A stretch of 24,292 bases of DNA from a virus (Duplodnaviria > Caudoviricetes). The position numbers were made by a program, and so were the translations under genes. Below are positions 9,913-18,203 of the stretch, piece by piece (positions within the stretch are counted from its first letter, which is position 1; each line of letters starts with the position of its first letter). The notes under the pieces were generated by a model. That model was not told the origin of the DNA. It saw only the letters and a program-made list of their open reading frames with translations, and did no database searches. The stretch spans positions 1 through 24,292 of the IMG/VR virus record IMGVR_UViG_3300008113_000787; one strand, given 5' to 3'.

Positions 9913-11948
9913 TATCTTACTCTACCTTTAATGTCTGAATCAGGAAACTTTATTTCAAAAACTGAAGGGTCTAAAGATGGATAAATAATTTTATCTTTAG
10001 TAGCTGCTTCAATATTATAAGAATTGGAAGAATACTTTCCTCCGCATTTATTTGTAAATTTTAACATTGGTACAGATGAAACACCTTCTACATTTGCTAT
10101 TAACAATTCTACCTCACTCAAATTAATTGTCTGATTAAATGTCCAATTATCGATATTAAAATAATCTTTAAGTTCGTTTATTACTTTTAAAAGAATTTCA
10201 CTTTTATTGTAATTTCCATAAACAACAATTTCAAAATCTAAACCAATATTAATTACAAATCCATCATTTATGTTAATACCATCTGTTAAAATTCTATATT
10301 CATTTAAGTAAGTTTTAAGATTTTCTTTGACACCTCTATTAAGGTTTGTTAAGTTTCCTCTATTATCATATCCCAACAAATACAAATTTATTGCAAACGG
10401 ATTATTTTTTTCATTTTCATTTGAAGTTTTGCCAATTAAATATTTTGTTATTTCTTCTTTTATACTTTGTTGAGTTGGTTCTTCAGCATCAGGCTTATTA
10501 ACAAAACTCATTACTAAATCAGTAAATTCTTGCAAATGATTTGGTGATGCTAATATAGAAGATGGTGAGTTATTATCTAATGTACCATCTGCTACAGCGT
10601 ATGCTTTTGCAATAGCACCATATTTTGCAGGCATTGATAACGTTCTTACTTGATAATCTTTTGCAGTTACTGCTCTATTTTGTGCTCCAAAGAAAGCTAA
10701 AGCGTTTTGTCTAATTTCTTCTAAACTTTCAGCACTTCTACCACCAGTAGCTGGTACTTCATTATCAATTGCTACTGAAGCTTTGATTGTATTGTAAATT
10801 GCTTTTTCTGCAGTTGTAAAAGCGTCTGTATCTTCATCCAATTCAATCTTACTTATTCTAGTAAGTTGTCCTACTGCTATATTAGATTGAACACCTCCGC
10901 CAACTAAATACTTTACAGTCATTGTTGTATTTGATGGGGATGTACCATAAGTTTTTGTTTTTAGAAAGTTAGTAGGGTCAAATGATTCATCTAATCTATC
11001 TATTGAGTTTGGTAAACCAAGTCCTACATTTTTTAAATTTGGTATTAATTGTTCATCACTAGCTGATGAATCGCCTGCACCAAATTGTATTGTTGTTGTA
11101 TTATTTTGATTTACTTTTGAAACATATCGTCTTGATGTCTTTATAGTTTTTAAGATATAAGGAACAGTAGATTTAAATTGATACAAATCAGGATCATTTT
11201 TTTCTAAATTAGGTTCATCTAAAAAAACCATTTCTTGAGCTAAATATGGAACTTCATACCATTTGTTTCCATTACCATCTCTTACATCATAAATTTGTAT
11301 AACATTTGTATCATCTAAAGTAATTTTTTGGAAAGGGGAGTATGCATCAAAAGTAACTGATTTTTGTTTCAGTTCTCCAGATATTGCTTGAACGTATTTT
11401 TTAACTAAATAAAATAAAGGTTCACCAGTATTAGCATCTCTTTGATATATTGTAATTTCTCTATTTGTTTCATCTGAAAAATCTACAACATCAGTTGTTC
11501 TAAATGTTATAGCTGCTTTGTTTGATTTTGTTATTAATCCTTCTTTAATTCTTAAATAATATTTTGAATCAGGAATGTTATTAATACCAGTTCCAATTGA
11601 TGGAACTAACTGATATATACTTAAATTTGTAACAGCTGGCGCAGATACTTTTGGTTTATATCCCAAATATTGTGCCAATGCTAAAACACTTTGAGGGTCT
11701 TCCGCATACACCATTAATGATTCTTTTAAAGTATCATCAATATAATATGATAATGAATCACCTATGTACGATGCCATTTCAATAAACATCATACCGGGTG
11801 ATGATTCATTAAAATCTGAATAAGTTTTAGGAAAATACGTTTTAGCAAATTCTATTAAGTTGTTTCTAAATGATACAAAATCTTTATTAAGATACTTAAT
11901 ATCTTTTCCTTTATTTTTAAAATTTTTATTTGTAATTGTTACTGACAT
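9912..11948 (-). CDS. gp6: Baseplate wedge subunit (T4 gp6 / baseplate J-like)
   Basis: 678 aa; N-terminal KDFVSFRNNL...DFNESSPGMMFIEMASYIGD...LAQYLGYKP, IQFGAG, YLVGGG and GGRSAESLEEIRQNA...QNRAVTAKDY are hallmark gp6/gpJ motifs. Confidence 0.92.
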   Translation of the reverse strand: MSVTITNKNFKNKGKDIKYLNKDFVSFRNNLIEFAKTYFPKTYSDFNESSPGMMFIEMASYIGDSLSYYIDDTLKESLMVYAEDPQSVLALAQYLGYKPKVSAPAVTNLSIYQLVPSIGTGINNIPDSKYYLRIKEGLITKSNKAAITFRTTDVVDFSDETNREITIYQRDANTGEPLFYLVKKYVQAISGELKQKSVTFDAYSPFQKITLDDTNVIQIYDVRDGNGNKWYEVPYLAQEMVFLDEPNLEKNDPDLYQFKSTVPYILKTIKTSRRYVSKVNQNNTTTIQFGAGDSSASDEQLIPNLKNVGLGLPNSIDRLDESFDPTNFLKTKTYGTSPSNTTMTVKYLVGGGVQSNIAVGQLTRISKIELDEDTDAFTTAEKAIYNTIKASVAIDNEVPATGGRSAESLEEIRQNALAFFGAQNRAVTAKDYQVRTLSMPAKYGAIAKAYAVADGTLDNNSPSSILASPNHLQEFTDLVMSFVNKPDAEEPTQQSIKEEITKYLIGKTSNENEKNNPFAINLYLLGYDNRGNLTNLNRGVKENLKTYLNEYRILTDGININDGFVINIGLDFEIVVYGNYNKSEILLKVINELKDYFNIDNWTFNQTINLSEVELLIANVEGVSSVPMLKFTNKCGGKYSSNSYNIEAATKDKIIYPSLDPSVFEIKFPDSDIKGRVR

Positions 11949-11958
11949 ACTTTATAAA

Positions 11959-12387
11959 TTATGCTGCTACGTTAAATGTTACTGTATTTAAATTTGCGTT
12001 ACCCAAAACATTAAATTGAATTGATACTTTTACTGTATTTGTATCTTTATCATAATTTGTTGCTTCAACATCTATTTGTTGAATTGTTATATAAGGTAAC
12101 CAAGTTGTAACCGCATTATTGATTGTTTCTTCAATTTTTCCTGCTAATTCATCATCATTAAAATCAAATAACAATTCTTGCAATCCACTACCAAATTCAG
12201 GTTGCATAATTCTTTCACCTCTTTTAGTTAGTAATAAATTTTTTATATTAGAACTTGCTTGTTCAGCTGTTTTAAATGATTGATTAAAAGCAGTATTACC
12301 TATTTGAATAGGTAGTGTTATACCAACAGCATAATCATCAAATTTTTTTGTATCTTGTACAAGCTTTTGTCCTAATACTACTGCCAT
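11959..12387 (-). CDS. gp25: Baseplate wedge subunit (T4 gp25 / gpW-like)
   Basis: 142 aa; NIKNLLLTKRGERIMQPEFGSGLQELLF and WLPYITI match GPW/gp25; immediately upstream of the gp6-like gene. Confidence 0.93.
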   Translation of the reverse strand: MAVVLGQKLVQDTKKFDDYAVGITLPIQIGNTAFNQSFKTAEQASSNIKNLLLTKRGERIMQPEFGSGLQELLFDFNDDELAGKIEETINNAVTTWLPYITIQQIDVEATNYDKDTNTVKVSIQFNVLGNANLNTVTFNVAA

Positions 12388-12857
12388 TACTTCTTAAATC
12401 TTTTGACAAGCTCAGAATAATCTCTATTCAATGCTTTGTCTAATTCAGCTACCCCAGTTTGAACCCCCAATCCAGTCTTTTGAGGTCCACCACCAGCGAA
12501 ATCACCATAACCCATTTTTTCAGCAATTGCTGTTCTACCTACTATTGAACCCATATCACCTTGTCCAAAACTCATAGTTCTATAACCACCATCGTTTGAT
12601 ACTGCGGCTCTAGTTTCGTTAAGGATTTGATTAATCATTGGGTTTTTAGTATAAGTTTTTTGTTCTGCTAATTTAGGTTCATCATCACCTAAAATAGCTT
12701 TAGCCATACTCAAACCAGTATTTTTAGGTTGCTTTTGTTCAGCTAATACCTTTTTCATTTCAGCTCTTACAGCTTCCTTAATTATACCAGAAAGTTGTTG
12801 TTTAACTTCTTCTTTAACTAAGATTTGGATGGCTTGTAATAATTTATCAGTATTCAT
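12387..12857 (-). CDS. Hypothetical phage protein (helical N-terminus)
   Basis: 156 aa; TAATG overlap with the gp25-like gene; preceded by an ATATTTATA motif. Confidence 0.75.
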   Translation of the reverse strand: MNTDKLLQAIQILVKEEVKQQLSGIIKEAVRAEMKKVLAEQKQPKNTGLSMAKAILGDDEPKLAEQKTYTKNPMINQILNETRAAVSNDGGYRTMSFGQGDMGSIVGRTAIAEKMGYGDFAGGGPQKTGLGVQTGVAELDKALNRDYSELVKRFKK

Positions 12858-12877
12858 ACATTATCGTTTGTTATGTT

Positions 12878-12886
12878 TATAAATAT
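12878..12886 (-). promoter_or_regulatory. Candidate late-promoter motif ATATTTATA
   Basis: Exact copy 20 nt upstream of the ATG at 12857. Confidence 0.6.
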
Positions 12887-12908
12887 TTCAATTGATTATT
12901 TTTGGGTT

Positions 12909-13877
12909 TTATGCCCATAATGTGTTATCTTTTTGCAAATCTGTCCAATACAATGTAAATTTCTTAATTCTGTCATCCAATCCATTATATCCACCATTAA
13001 TACGTTTTGTTACAACTTTAATTGTTGTGGTTGATGAATCTACACATTTAGCACCCAATTTATTTGCTTTCCAAAATAAACAAGCTGTGTCAGCGAAGTA
13101 TTTTGTACCTACTATTGTTGGATTACTTTCAAAATCAGCTCCAGCAACAGGTCCAAACTTTCTATAATTAGCTCTACCTGTTAATTGAATATATCCTCTA
13201 CCTTTGTATCTAGGTCCATCACCAGGTTGAGTATTTCCCAAATCTTTTCTACCTTCGTATGCTTTTCCAGATGCAATTTCTTCTTTATATATAAAATTAC
13301 CTGATTCGTGATTTGTTTGTGCTAAAAAATGTGCTCTTTCCAAAGGTGTTCTACCTACACTATATTTTCTCATTGCTAAAACCAATTCATTTGGTACTTT
13401 AAGTTTACTTTTATAATTTGGTTCTTTTGGTATATCATTTTTAGGTTTTTCCTCATCTGTTAATGGTGGGTCTGGTGTATTACCTGCCTCTTGTTCTAAT
13501 TGTTTTTCTATTTCTTCTAATTGTGCAGTAACATTTTCTGTTTCTTCCGGTGTAGCTGGTTCAACAACTACTTCTTCATCAAATGCAACCGCTGTTGCTT
13601 CGTTTATATCAGCGCCTTCTAAAGTTGCTTCTTCTGATGCTAATAATTGTGCATCGGTCATTTCAATTTCTTCAGTACTAACTGTTGTGGTAGATGGATT
13701 TGGTGGTTCTACATTATATCCCTGCCAATTAGCTATACCAGGTCCTGGTGTATTGGCTGGTGGATATGTTGATACCGTATTAACAATACCACTAACTGTG
13801 GTTAAATGCTGCTGGGCATACCTAATAAATTCATCAATTAATAATTCGTAATTTTTAGTAGGAGGTATTGCTGCCAT
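12909..13877 (-). CDS. GH19 (chitinase/lysozyme-like) peptidoglycan hydrolase fused to a structural N-terminus via an acidic linker
   Basis: C-terminal AHFLAQTNHESG, YEGRKDLGNTQPGDGPRYKGRGYIQLTGRANY and TKRINGGYNGLDDR are canonical phage GH19 motifs (about 12909-13400). Confidence 0.92.
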   Translation of the reverse strand: MAAIPPTKNYELLIDEFIRYAQQHLTTVSGIVNTVSTYPPANTPGPGIANWQGYNVEPPNPSTTTVSTEEIEMTDAQLLASEEATLEGADINEATAVAFDEEVVVEPATPEETENVTAQLEEIEKQLEQEAGNTPDPPLTDEEKPKNDIPKEPNYKSKLKVPNELVLAMRKYSVGRTPLERAHFLAQTNHESGNFIYKEEIASGKAYEGRKDLGNTQPGDGPRYKGRGYIQLTGRANYRKFGPVAGADFESNPTIVGTKYFADTACLFWKANKLGAKCVDSSTTTIKVVTKRINGGYNGLDDRIKKFTLYWTDLQKDNTLWA

Positions 13878-13878
13878 A

Positions 13879-15195
13879 TTATGCTTCTCTTTGTTGTTTT
13901 GTCAATGTTTGAAATCCCCAATATTCCCAATGCCAAGCTTCATCACACCCCTGCCCATCTGCTAGTCTATATGGATTATACCAACCAAATGCAGGTCCAT
14001 TCTTTGCTAACCATTGATAAATTTTAGAGTTTTCTCTGGTATATTTTGCTGGAGCTGGTTTTGCTCTACCAACGCCCAATTGTTTTGCTTTAGCCTCTTG
14101 CATACCACATATCTCACCAAAATCTAAAGATAATCCCCAACCATGTGGTGATGAACCTGGCTTAGCAGCACTGCTGGGTCCATACTTTTCATAACAAGCA
14201 AGTTGACCAGCATAGTCTCTATATGTAGATGATACTCTCCATTTTATTCCATCTTTTTTTGCTCTAGCAATAAGTTTGTTATACATTTTTGCAGCCTCAA
14301 CGTGCAATATACCACTACCATAAGATGAATCAATATTTCCTAATTTATCTTTTGGAATTTTACCATTTCCAAAGCTAGCTAAACCTGGAGGTGGTGGTGG
14401 TGCAGTTGCTCCAACATTTGTTGCAATTTTAGGAGGGTCTCCACCTTCTGATACTGTTGTTGGCTTTCTTTCTGTTGTTACTAAATTTGCTTTTTCTTTT
14501 CCAACATATGTAAGAGAACCCCAATGACTTATTCCGCTTGGTGTTTTTGAAGTACCACTTATAGCACTACCTCTAGCTTCGGTAGGACCTGAATAAACAT
14601 TTAGTATTGGTACACCATTTTTTATTGCATTTAAAATTATTTCTTTTGTATTTGCAGATTCGGTAAATGGTTCTATTATAAATAATTTTGATTTATCAAC
14701 AATTTCACTATTCGATAATTCAAAAGCTCTAACACATCCTGCACTAAATAAAAATACAGGAACTTTAGGACTATTTTTCATACCCAAAATTACTTCAGCT
14801 GAAGTTGTTGTATATCTAAATCCTTTTACTTTTTTATTTTTTCCAAAACCATCTTTAAATAATTCAACTTGCTTATCAATATTATAATCACCATCTCTAT
14901 AATCTAATCCACCAACTAAAATTGCATCAAATTCTGGTAGCGGTTCTGTTTCTTCAACTGGTTCTTCTTTTACTTCACCAATTTCTACTTCTTGTGGTTC
15001 ATAAAGTTCAACAGTAACTTCTTCTACAGATTCAACTTCTACCGCAACATCATCAATTGGTACTTCACCTAAAATTTCTTCCGTTTCGCCAATTTCAACT
15101 TCAGGCATATCATCATCTTTTTCATTTTCATTTCTTATATCAGGTTCTTCTCCCAAAACTGGTTGCTGCCAAGTTCCAGCATTTGTACAAGTCAT
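13879..15195 (-). CDS. M15B (VanY-like) Zn peptidase with upstream alpha/beta-hydrolase-like domain; probably the 3' part of a disrupted gene
   Basis: SSTYRDYAGQ, AAKPGSSPHGWGLSLDF (SxHxxGxxxD) and EAWHWEY (ExxH) define M15B; central LFSAG and SHW suggest a serine hydrolase; N-terminus is an acidic linker; overlaps 15140..15463 by 56 nt. Confidence 0.85.
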   Translation of the reverse strand: MTCTNAGTWQQPVLGEEPDIRNENEKDDDMPEVEIGETEEILGEVPIDDVAVEVESVEEVTVELYEPQEVEIGEVKEEPVEETEPLPEFDAILVGGLDYRDGDYNIDKQVELFKDGFGKNKKVKGFRYTTTSAEVILGMKNSPKVPVFLFSAGCVRAFELSNSEIVDKSKLFIIEPFTESANTKEIILNAIKNGVPILNVYSGPTEARGSAISGTSKTPSGISHWGSLTYVGKEKANLVTTERKPTTVSEGGDPPKIATNVGATAPPPPPGLASFGNGKIPKDKLGNIDSSYGSGILHVEAAKMYNKLIARAKKDGIKWRVSSTYRDYAGQLACYEKYGPSSAAKPGSSPHGWGLSLDFGEICGMQEAKAKQLGVGRAKPAPAKYTRENSKIYQWLAKNGPAFGWYNPYRLADGQGCDEAWHWEYWGFQTLTKQQREA

Positions 15196-15463
15196 ACTTA
15201 CCTAATACACCCTTTCCCATTTCTCCTACCAAATCATATGGTTCTGTCTGAGAATTTCCTTTTTCTAAAGCTAATTTAAATAAATCTTTTAATGAGCCGG
15301 AATTACCCATTTTAAATTTAGCTTGAAACAAATTATCTTTTCCTCTTTTTATTGCTTCATCATATTCAGTTGCATAAGCTGTTGCAACCACTTCAATATC
15401 GTTTATTGATTCTGGATTTTGTGCTAATCTTAATATATTTTGCTTAAAAGTTTCCCAAGACAT
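15140..15463 (-). CDS. Hypothetical baseplate-region protein; probably the 5' part of a gene continuing in 13879..15195
   Basis: 107 aa starting 1 nt after the gp5-like stop; the last ~18 residues overlap the next ORF in another frame. Confidence 0.6.
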   Translation of the reverse strand: MSWETFKQNILRLAQNPESINDIEVVATAYATEYDEAIKRGKDNLFQAKFKMGNSGSLKDLFKLALEKGNSQTEPYDLVGEMGKGVLGKYDLYKCWNLAATSFGRRT

Positions 15464-15464
15464 T

Positions 15465-16715
15465 TTAAGATGTTTTATTAAGTTCGCTCAATACTGATTT
15501 TAATTTGGATTTGATTGTATTAAATTTAGGAACATTTGTTGGTCCTGTTGCAGATGGACCTGCTGGTGTTAAGAATACTTGTTGAACTATTGCATCTATT
15601 AATTCTTCCATCAATGAAACCCAAGCATCACCTTTTACCAATGGTTCTAATTTTGTATTTCCCAAATTAATTTTTCCATTACCAGTATTTAAATTTATAT
15701 CTCTATCGTTAGTATTATAATTTGTAGAATCACCAACGTTTACATCAACTCCTAATTTATTATCAATAGAAAGAGAACCATCTGAAATAAATCCATAATT
15801 TTTCTTTGAATAAAAAATCATTTCAGCGTTTTTAGCCGAAAGAATAATTCTTCCAGAATTTATTAATATTTGGTCTCCAATTAATTTAGATGGATACGCT
15901 TTAAACGTATTTGGTTTCGTTTCAAAATCAGTAGAACCTTTATCATCAACAGTTCCAGGTTGAAATGGTAATTGATATTGATTTGATGATAAAACAATTA
16001 TACTACCATCTCTATTAATATCTTCTTCAGTAGAAACCTTTAATTCTTTCTTTTTTGATTCAGCATTTTCAGAATTTCTTATAATAGTTGTTGGAGAAAA
16101 TATTTTTTGAGAATTGTTATATCCACTAAATCTTATAGATTGTCCAAATCTTGTCTCTATTAAACTATCACCTTCATATAATTTTAATTTATGAATTCCA
16201 GCTTCACCTTCAAAATAATTTCCATATTTGTCATACTTTGATGATTCTTTTACGTTAGTTTTTGGCGTATTGGTTTCTGCTGTTGTTTTATATGATGTAT
16301 TTTTGTCTTCTGGAATTTGGGTTGGCGGAAATGTTTCAGAAATTATTGTTTTTTTAGCATCAACATTTGGTGTTTTTTCTTGACCAATTCTTTTATAATA
16401 TGATGTACCACCATTTTGAAATATTTCTACCGATTCATTTATTAATGGTAGTGTTTTAAAATTTTTATCAAAAGGAAATGCAACTGGTAAAGATGCATCA
16501 TCTGAAGATGGTTGTCCAACTAATCTATATTGAACTGCTCCTATATAAGATGTTTCTCCAAAAAATTCTAAATCTTTATCACCAACGTGCTTAATATACT
16601 CATGCGTTTCATCAAGTATGATAGAATACACTATTCCAAACCCCTTTGGTGCACCAGATCCCGCCGTTTGTGCCGATTGAGCCGCTGCTGATTGTGGACT
16701 TGATAATTCTGCCAT
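15465..16715 (-). CDS. Baseplate hub / central spike protein (gp5/gpV-like)
   Basis: 416 aa; LPLINESVEI (OB-fold-like), EGDSLIETRFGQSIRF, beta-repeat region QILINSGRIILSAK...INLNTGNGKINLG, then EPLVKGD...TPAGPS, typical of myovirus spike proteins; upstream of gp25/gp6-like genes. Confidence 0.65.
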   Translation of the reverse strand: MAELSSPQSAAAQSAQTAGSGAPKGFGIVYSIILDETHEYIKHVGDKDLEFFGETSYIGAVQYRLVGQPSSDDASLPVAFPFDKNFKTLPLINESVEIFQNGGTSYYKRIGQEKTPNVDAKKTIISETFPPTQIPEDKNTSYKTTAETNTPKTNVKESSKYDKYGNYFEGEAGIHKLKLYEGDSLIETRFGQSIRFSGYNNSQKIFSPTTIIRNSENAESKKKELKVSTEEDINRDGSIIVLSSNQYQLPFQPGTVDDKGSTDFETKPNTFKAYPSKLIGDQILINSGRIILSAKNAEMIFYSKKNYGFISDGSLSIDNKLGVDVNVGDSTNYNTNDRDINLNTGNGKINLGNTKLEPLVKGDAWVSLMEELIDAIVQQVFLTPAGPSATGPTNVPKFNTIKSKLKSVLSELNKTS

Positions 16716-16716
16716 T

Positions 16717-17109
16717 TTACTTTATTGATTTTTTAAGTTCTTCTAATTCAAACTCCAAATCATCCACTCTTTCAACTTCTTGCTTAGTTTCTTCCAACTC
16801 TTTAAGTAGTTGATTTTTTTCAAATTCCGTAAGAAATCCATCCTGTCCTTCAGTCTTTTTATCAGCTGCTATAATCTTTGTTGCAATAGTTGCTAACTTA
16901 ACTAATTGGTCATCATTCTTTACAGAACTATCAATAAGCGAAGATAGTACAGGTCCTACGGTAGCAACATCACCTGCATGCTTTACCATTTTTTTCAGTT
17001 CTTCTATAAGACCTGATATTTTTTGTTTTTTGGAAAGTTGGTTGTTATAGATATCCTCAAATAGAGAACTTAGGTTTTTTCCTTTAAATAACTCGAATTC
17101 TGTTGACAT
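16717..17109 (-). CDS. Hypothetical phage protein (helical)
   Basis: 130 aa; first gene after an ATATTTATA motif, 1 nt before the spike gene. Confidence 0.75.
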   Translation of the reverse strand: MSTEFELFKGKNLSSLFEDIYNNQLSKKQKISGLIEELKKMVKHAGDVATVGPVLSSLIDSSVKNDDQLVKLATIATKIIAADKKTEGQDGFLTEFEKNQLLKELEETKQEVERVDDLEFELEELKKSIK

Positions 17110-17131
17110 ACTTTTAGTTTTAATGTACGTC

Positions 17132-17140
17132 TATAAATAT
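17132..17140 (-). promoter_or_regulatory. Candidate late-promoter motif ATATTTATA
   Basis: Exact copy 22 nt upstream of the ATG at 17109. Confidence 0.6.
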
Positions 17141-17160
17141 GTATTATGAAAAAAGTGGGG

Positions 17161-17973
17161 TTATTCTGCGATTACCTCAATCTTAATCTTTGGTTGATAA
17201 TCTTTTGGTAATTTGTTAGTAATACCTTTAAATTCTTTTACTTTGTTCTTAAAATAAGTAATTTGTAAGATTTTATCAGTAAGATTCATTACAGTCTGAG
17301 AAGAAGTTGACATCTCATTTGTATCTCTTTTCATATTCAATTGAGGTCTTTTTGGGAAGAACTCTTTTCTCATAGCTGCTGCTATTTCTTTCCAATCTTC
17401 AACTCTATCAACTGATTTTTCAGCTGATATCTTTCTCATTTTTGATGATAGGTATTTCTCACCATGTGTGTATCCGGCATCAGTAAAAAGATGTCCGTGA
17501 TTTGTACGAACAACTGGTGATTCGGAGTTTTGAAGTTTAACATCAGGCTTATGCTTTGATGTAGTTTCAATACTAATCAAATGTTTTGGTGATGATACGA
17601 AAGTGTGACCTTTAAGAGATAAACCACTACTACCTTTATAAGATATTGCAGCTCTAACGGCTTTTATTAGTGTAGGTTGTTTAATAATATTTCTCATCTT
17701 ATCACCATCAGGACCCGGCTTACCACCTTTCTTTACTATCTTAGCTTCTGCTTCATCATGTCCAACAAGTAATGCTGAGTTTACTACACCAATACCATGT
17801 TCATTCAAACCTTCACTCCAATCAGTAATTAAATCATGCAAATACGCAACTTCTACACCATCAATAATGGTATGGACAATTTCAAGTTCTGGATTATACA
17901 TTCTATCCCTATTTTTAGCAAGGATAAATTTATCACCAACTTCTTTTGATACAATAATACATTCGTTTATCAT
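17161..17973 (-). CDS. Cys-nucleophile Ntn-hydrolase (C45 / choloylglycine hydrolase / NRDE-TANGO2-like fold)
   Basis: 270 aa; C5-IIVSK...ILAKNRDR, EGLNEHGIGVVNSAL, VVRTNH and TSSQTVMNL follow the Cys-Ntn-hydrolase pattern; ATGA overlap with the upstream gene supports the MINE-C start. Confidence 0.75.
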   Translation of the reverse strand: MINECIIVSKEVGDKFILAKNRDRMYNPELEIVHTIIDGVEVAYLHDLITDWSEGLNEHGIGVVNSALLVGHDEAEAKIVKKGGKPGPDGDKMRNIIKQPTLIKAVRAAISYKGSSGLSLKGHTFVSSPKHLISIETTSKHKPDVKLQNSESPVVRTNHGHLFTDAGYTHGEKYLSSKMRKISAEKSVDRVEDWKEIAAAMRKEFFPKRPQLNMKRDTNEMSTSSQTVMNLTDKILQITYFKNKVKEFKGITNKLPKDYQPKIKIEVIAE

Positions 17974-18203
17974 CTTACAGTACTGCTAAATGCTTTTTTT
18001 AAATCGTATGTTTGTGAAAGGTCTATAACCTGGACTCTTAATTTTGTCAAACCATGTTTTTGTTTAAGAATATCCATTACCTTCTTAGCTTCAGGCATAC
18101 TCTTAGCTTTTGTATATGCTACAACTTCATCTCTTTCACCAGGAGGAACTCCCCAAATGATGAATTCTTTTTCTTCTTTTAATAATGATTTAAGAGTTAT
18201 CAT
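17970..18203 (-). CDS. Small protein with leader MITLKSLLKE (putative capsid internal protein)
   Basis: 77 aa; ATGA overlaps at both ends; shared decapeptide leader. Confidence 0.75.
   Translation of the reverse strand: MITLKSLLKEEKEFIIWGVPPGERDEVVAYTKAKSMPEAKKVMDILKQKHGLTKLRVQVIDLSQTYDLKKAFSSTVR

Noticed and set aside
15212-15218. Lambda G-T-type slippery heptamer G GGA AAG in phase in the 107-aa ORF, just before the frame break
   Set aside because: A -1 shift hits TAA within a few codons and a -2 shift hits the TAG at 15204-15202, so this site cannot join the two ORFs; it simply encodes M-G-K.
9912-16715. Bacterial eCIS/T6SS/tailocin interpretation of the baseplate genes
   Set aside because: No Afp/Tss-specific genes are visible, and the neighbouring small leader-tagged genes, tight packing and shared intergenic motif fit a large phage better; not fully excluded because no capsid gene is in the window.
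17149-17180. Possible terminator after the Ntn-hydrolase gene (CCCCAC followed by six T on the minus strand)
   Set aside because: The stem has two mismatches in about nine pairs and overlaps coding sequence; too weak to call.
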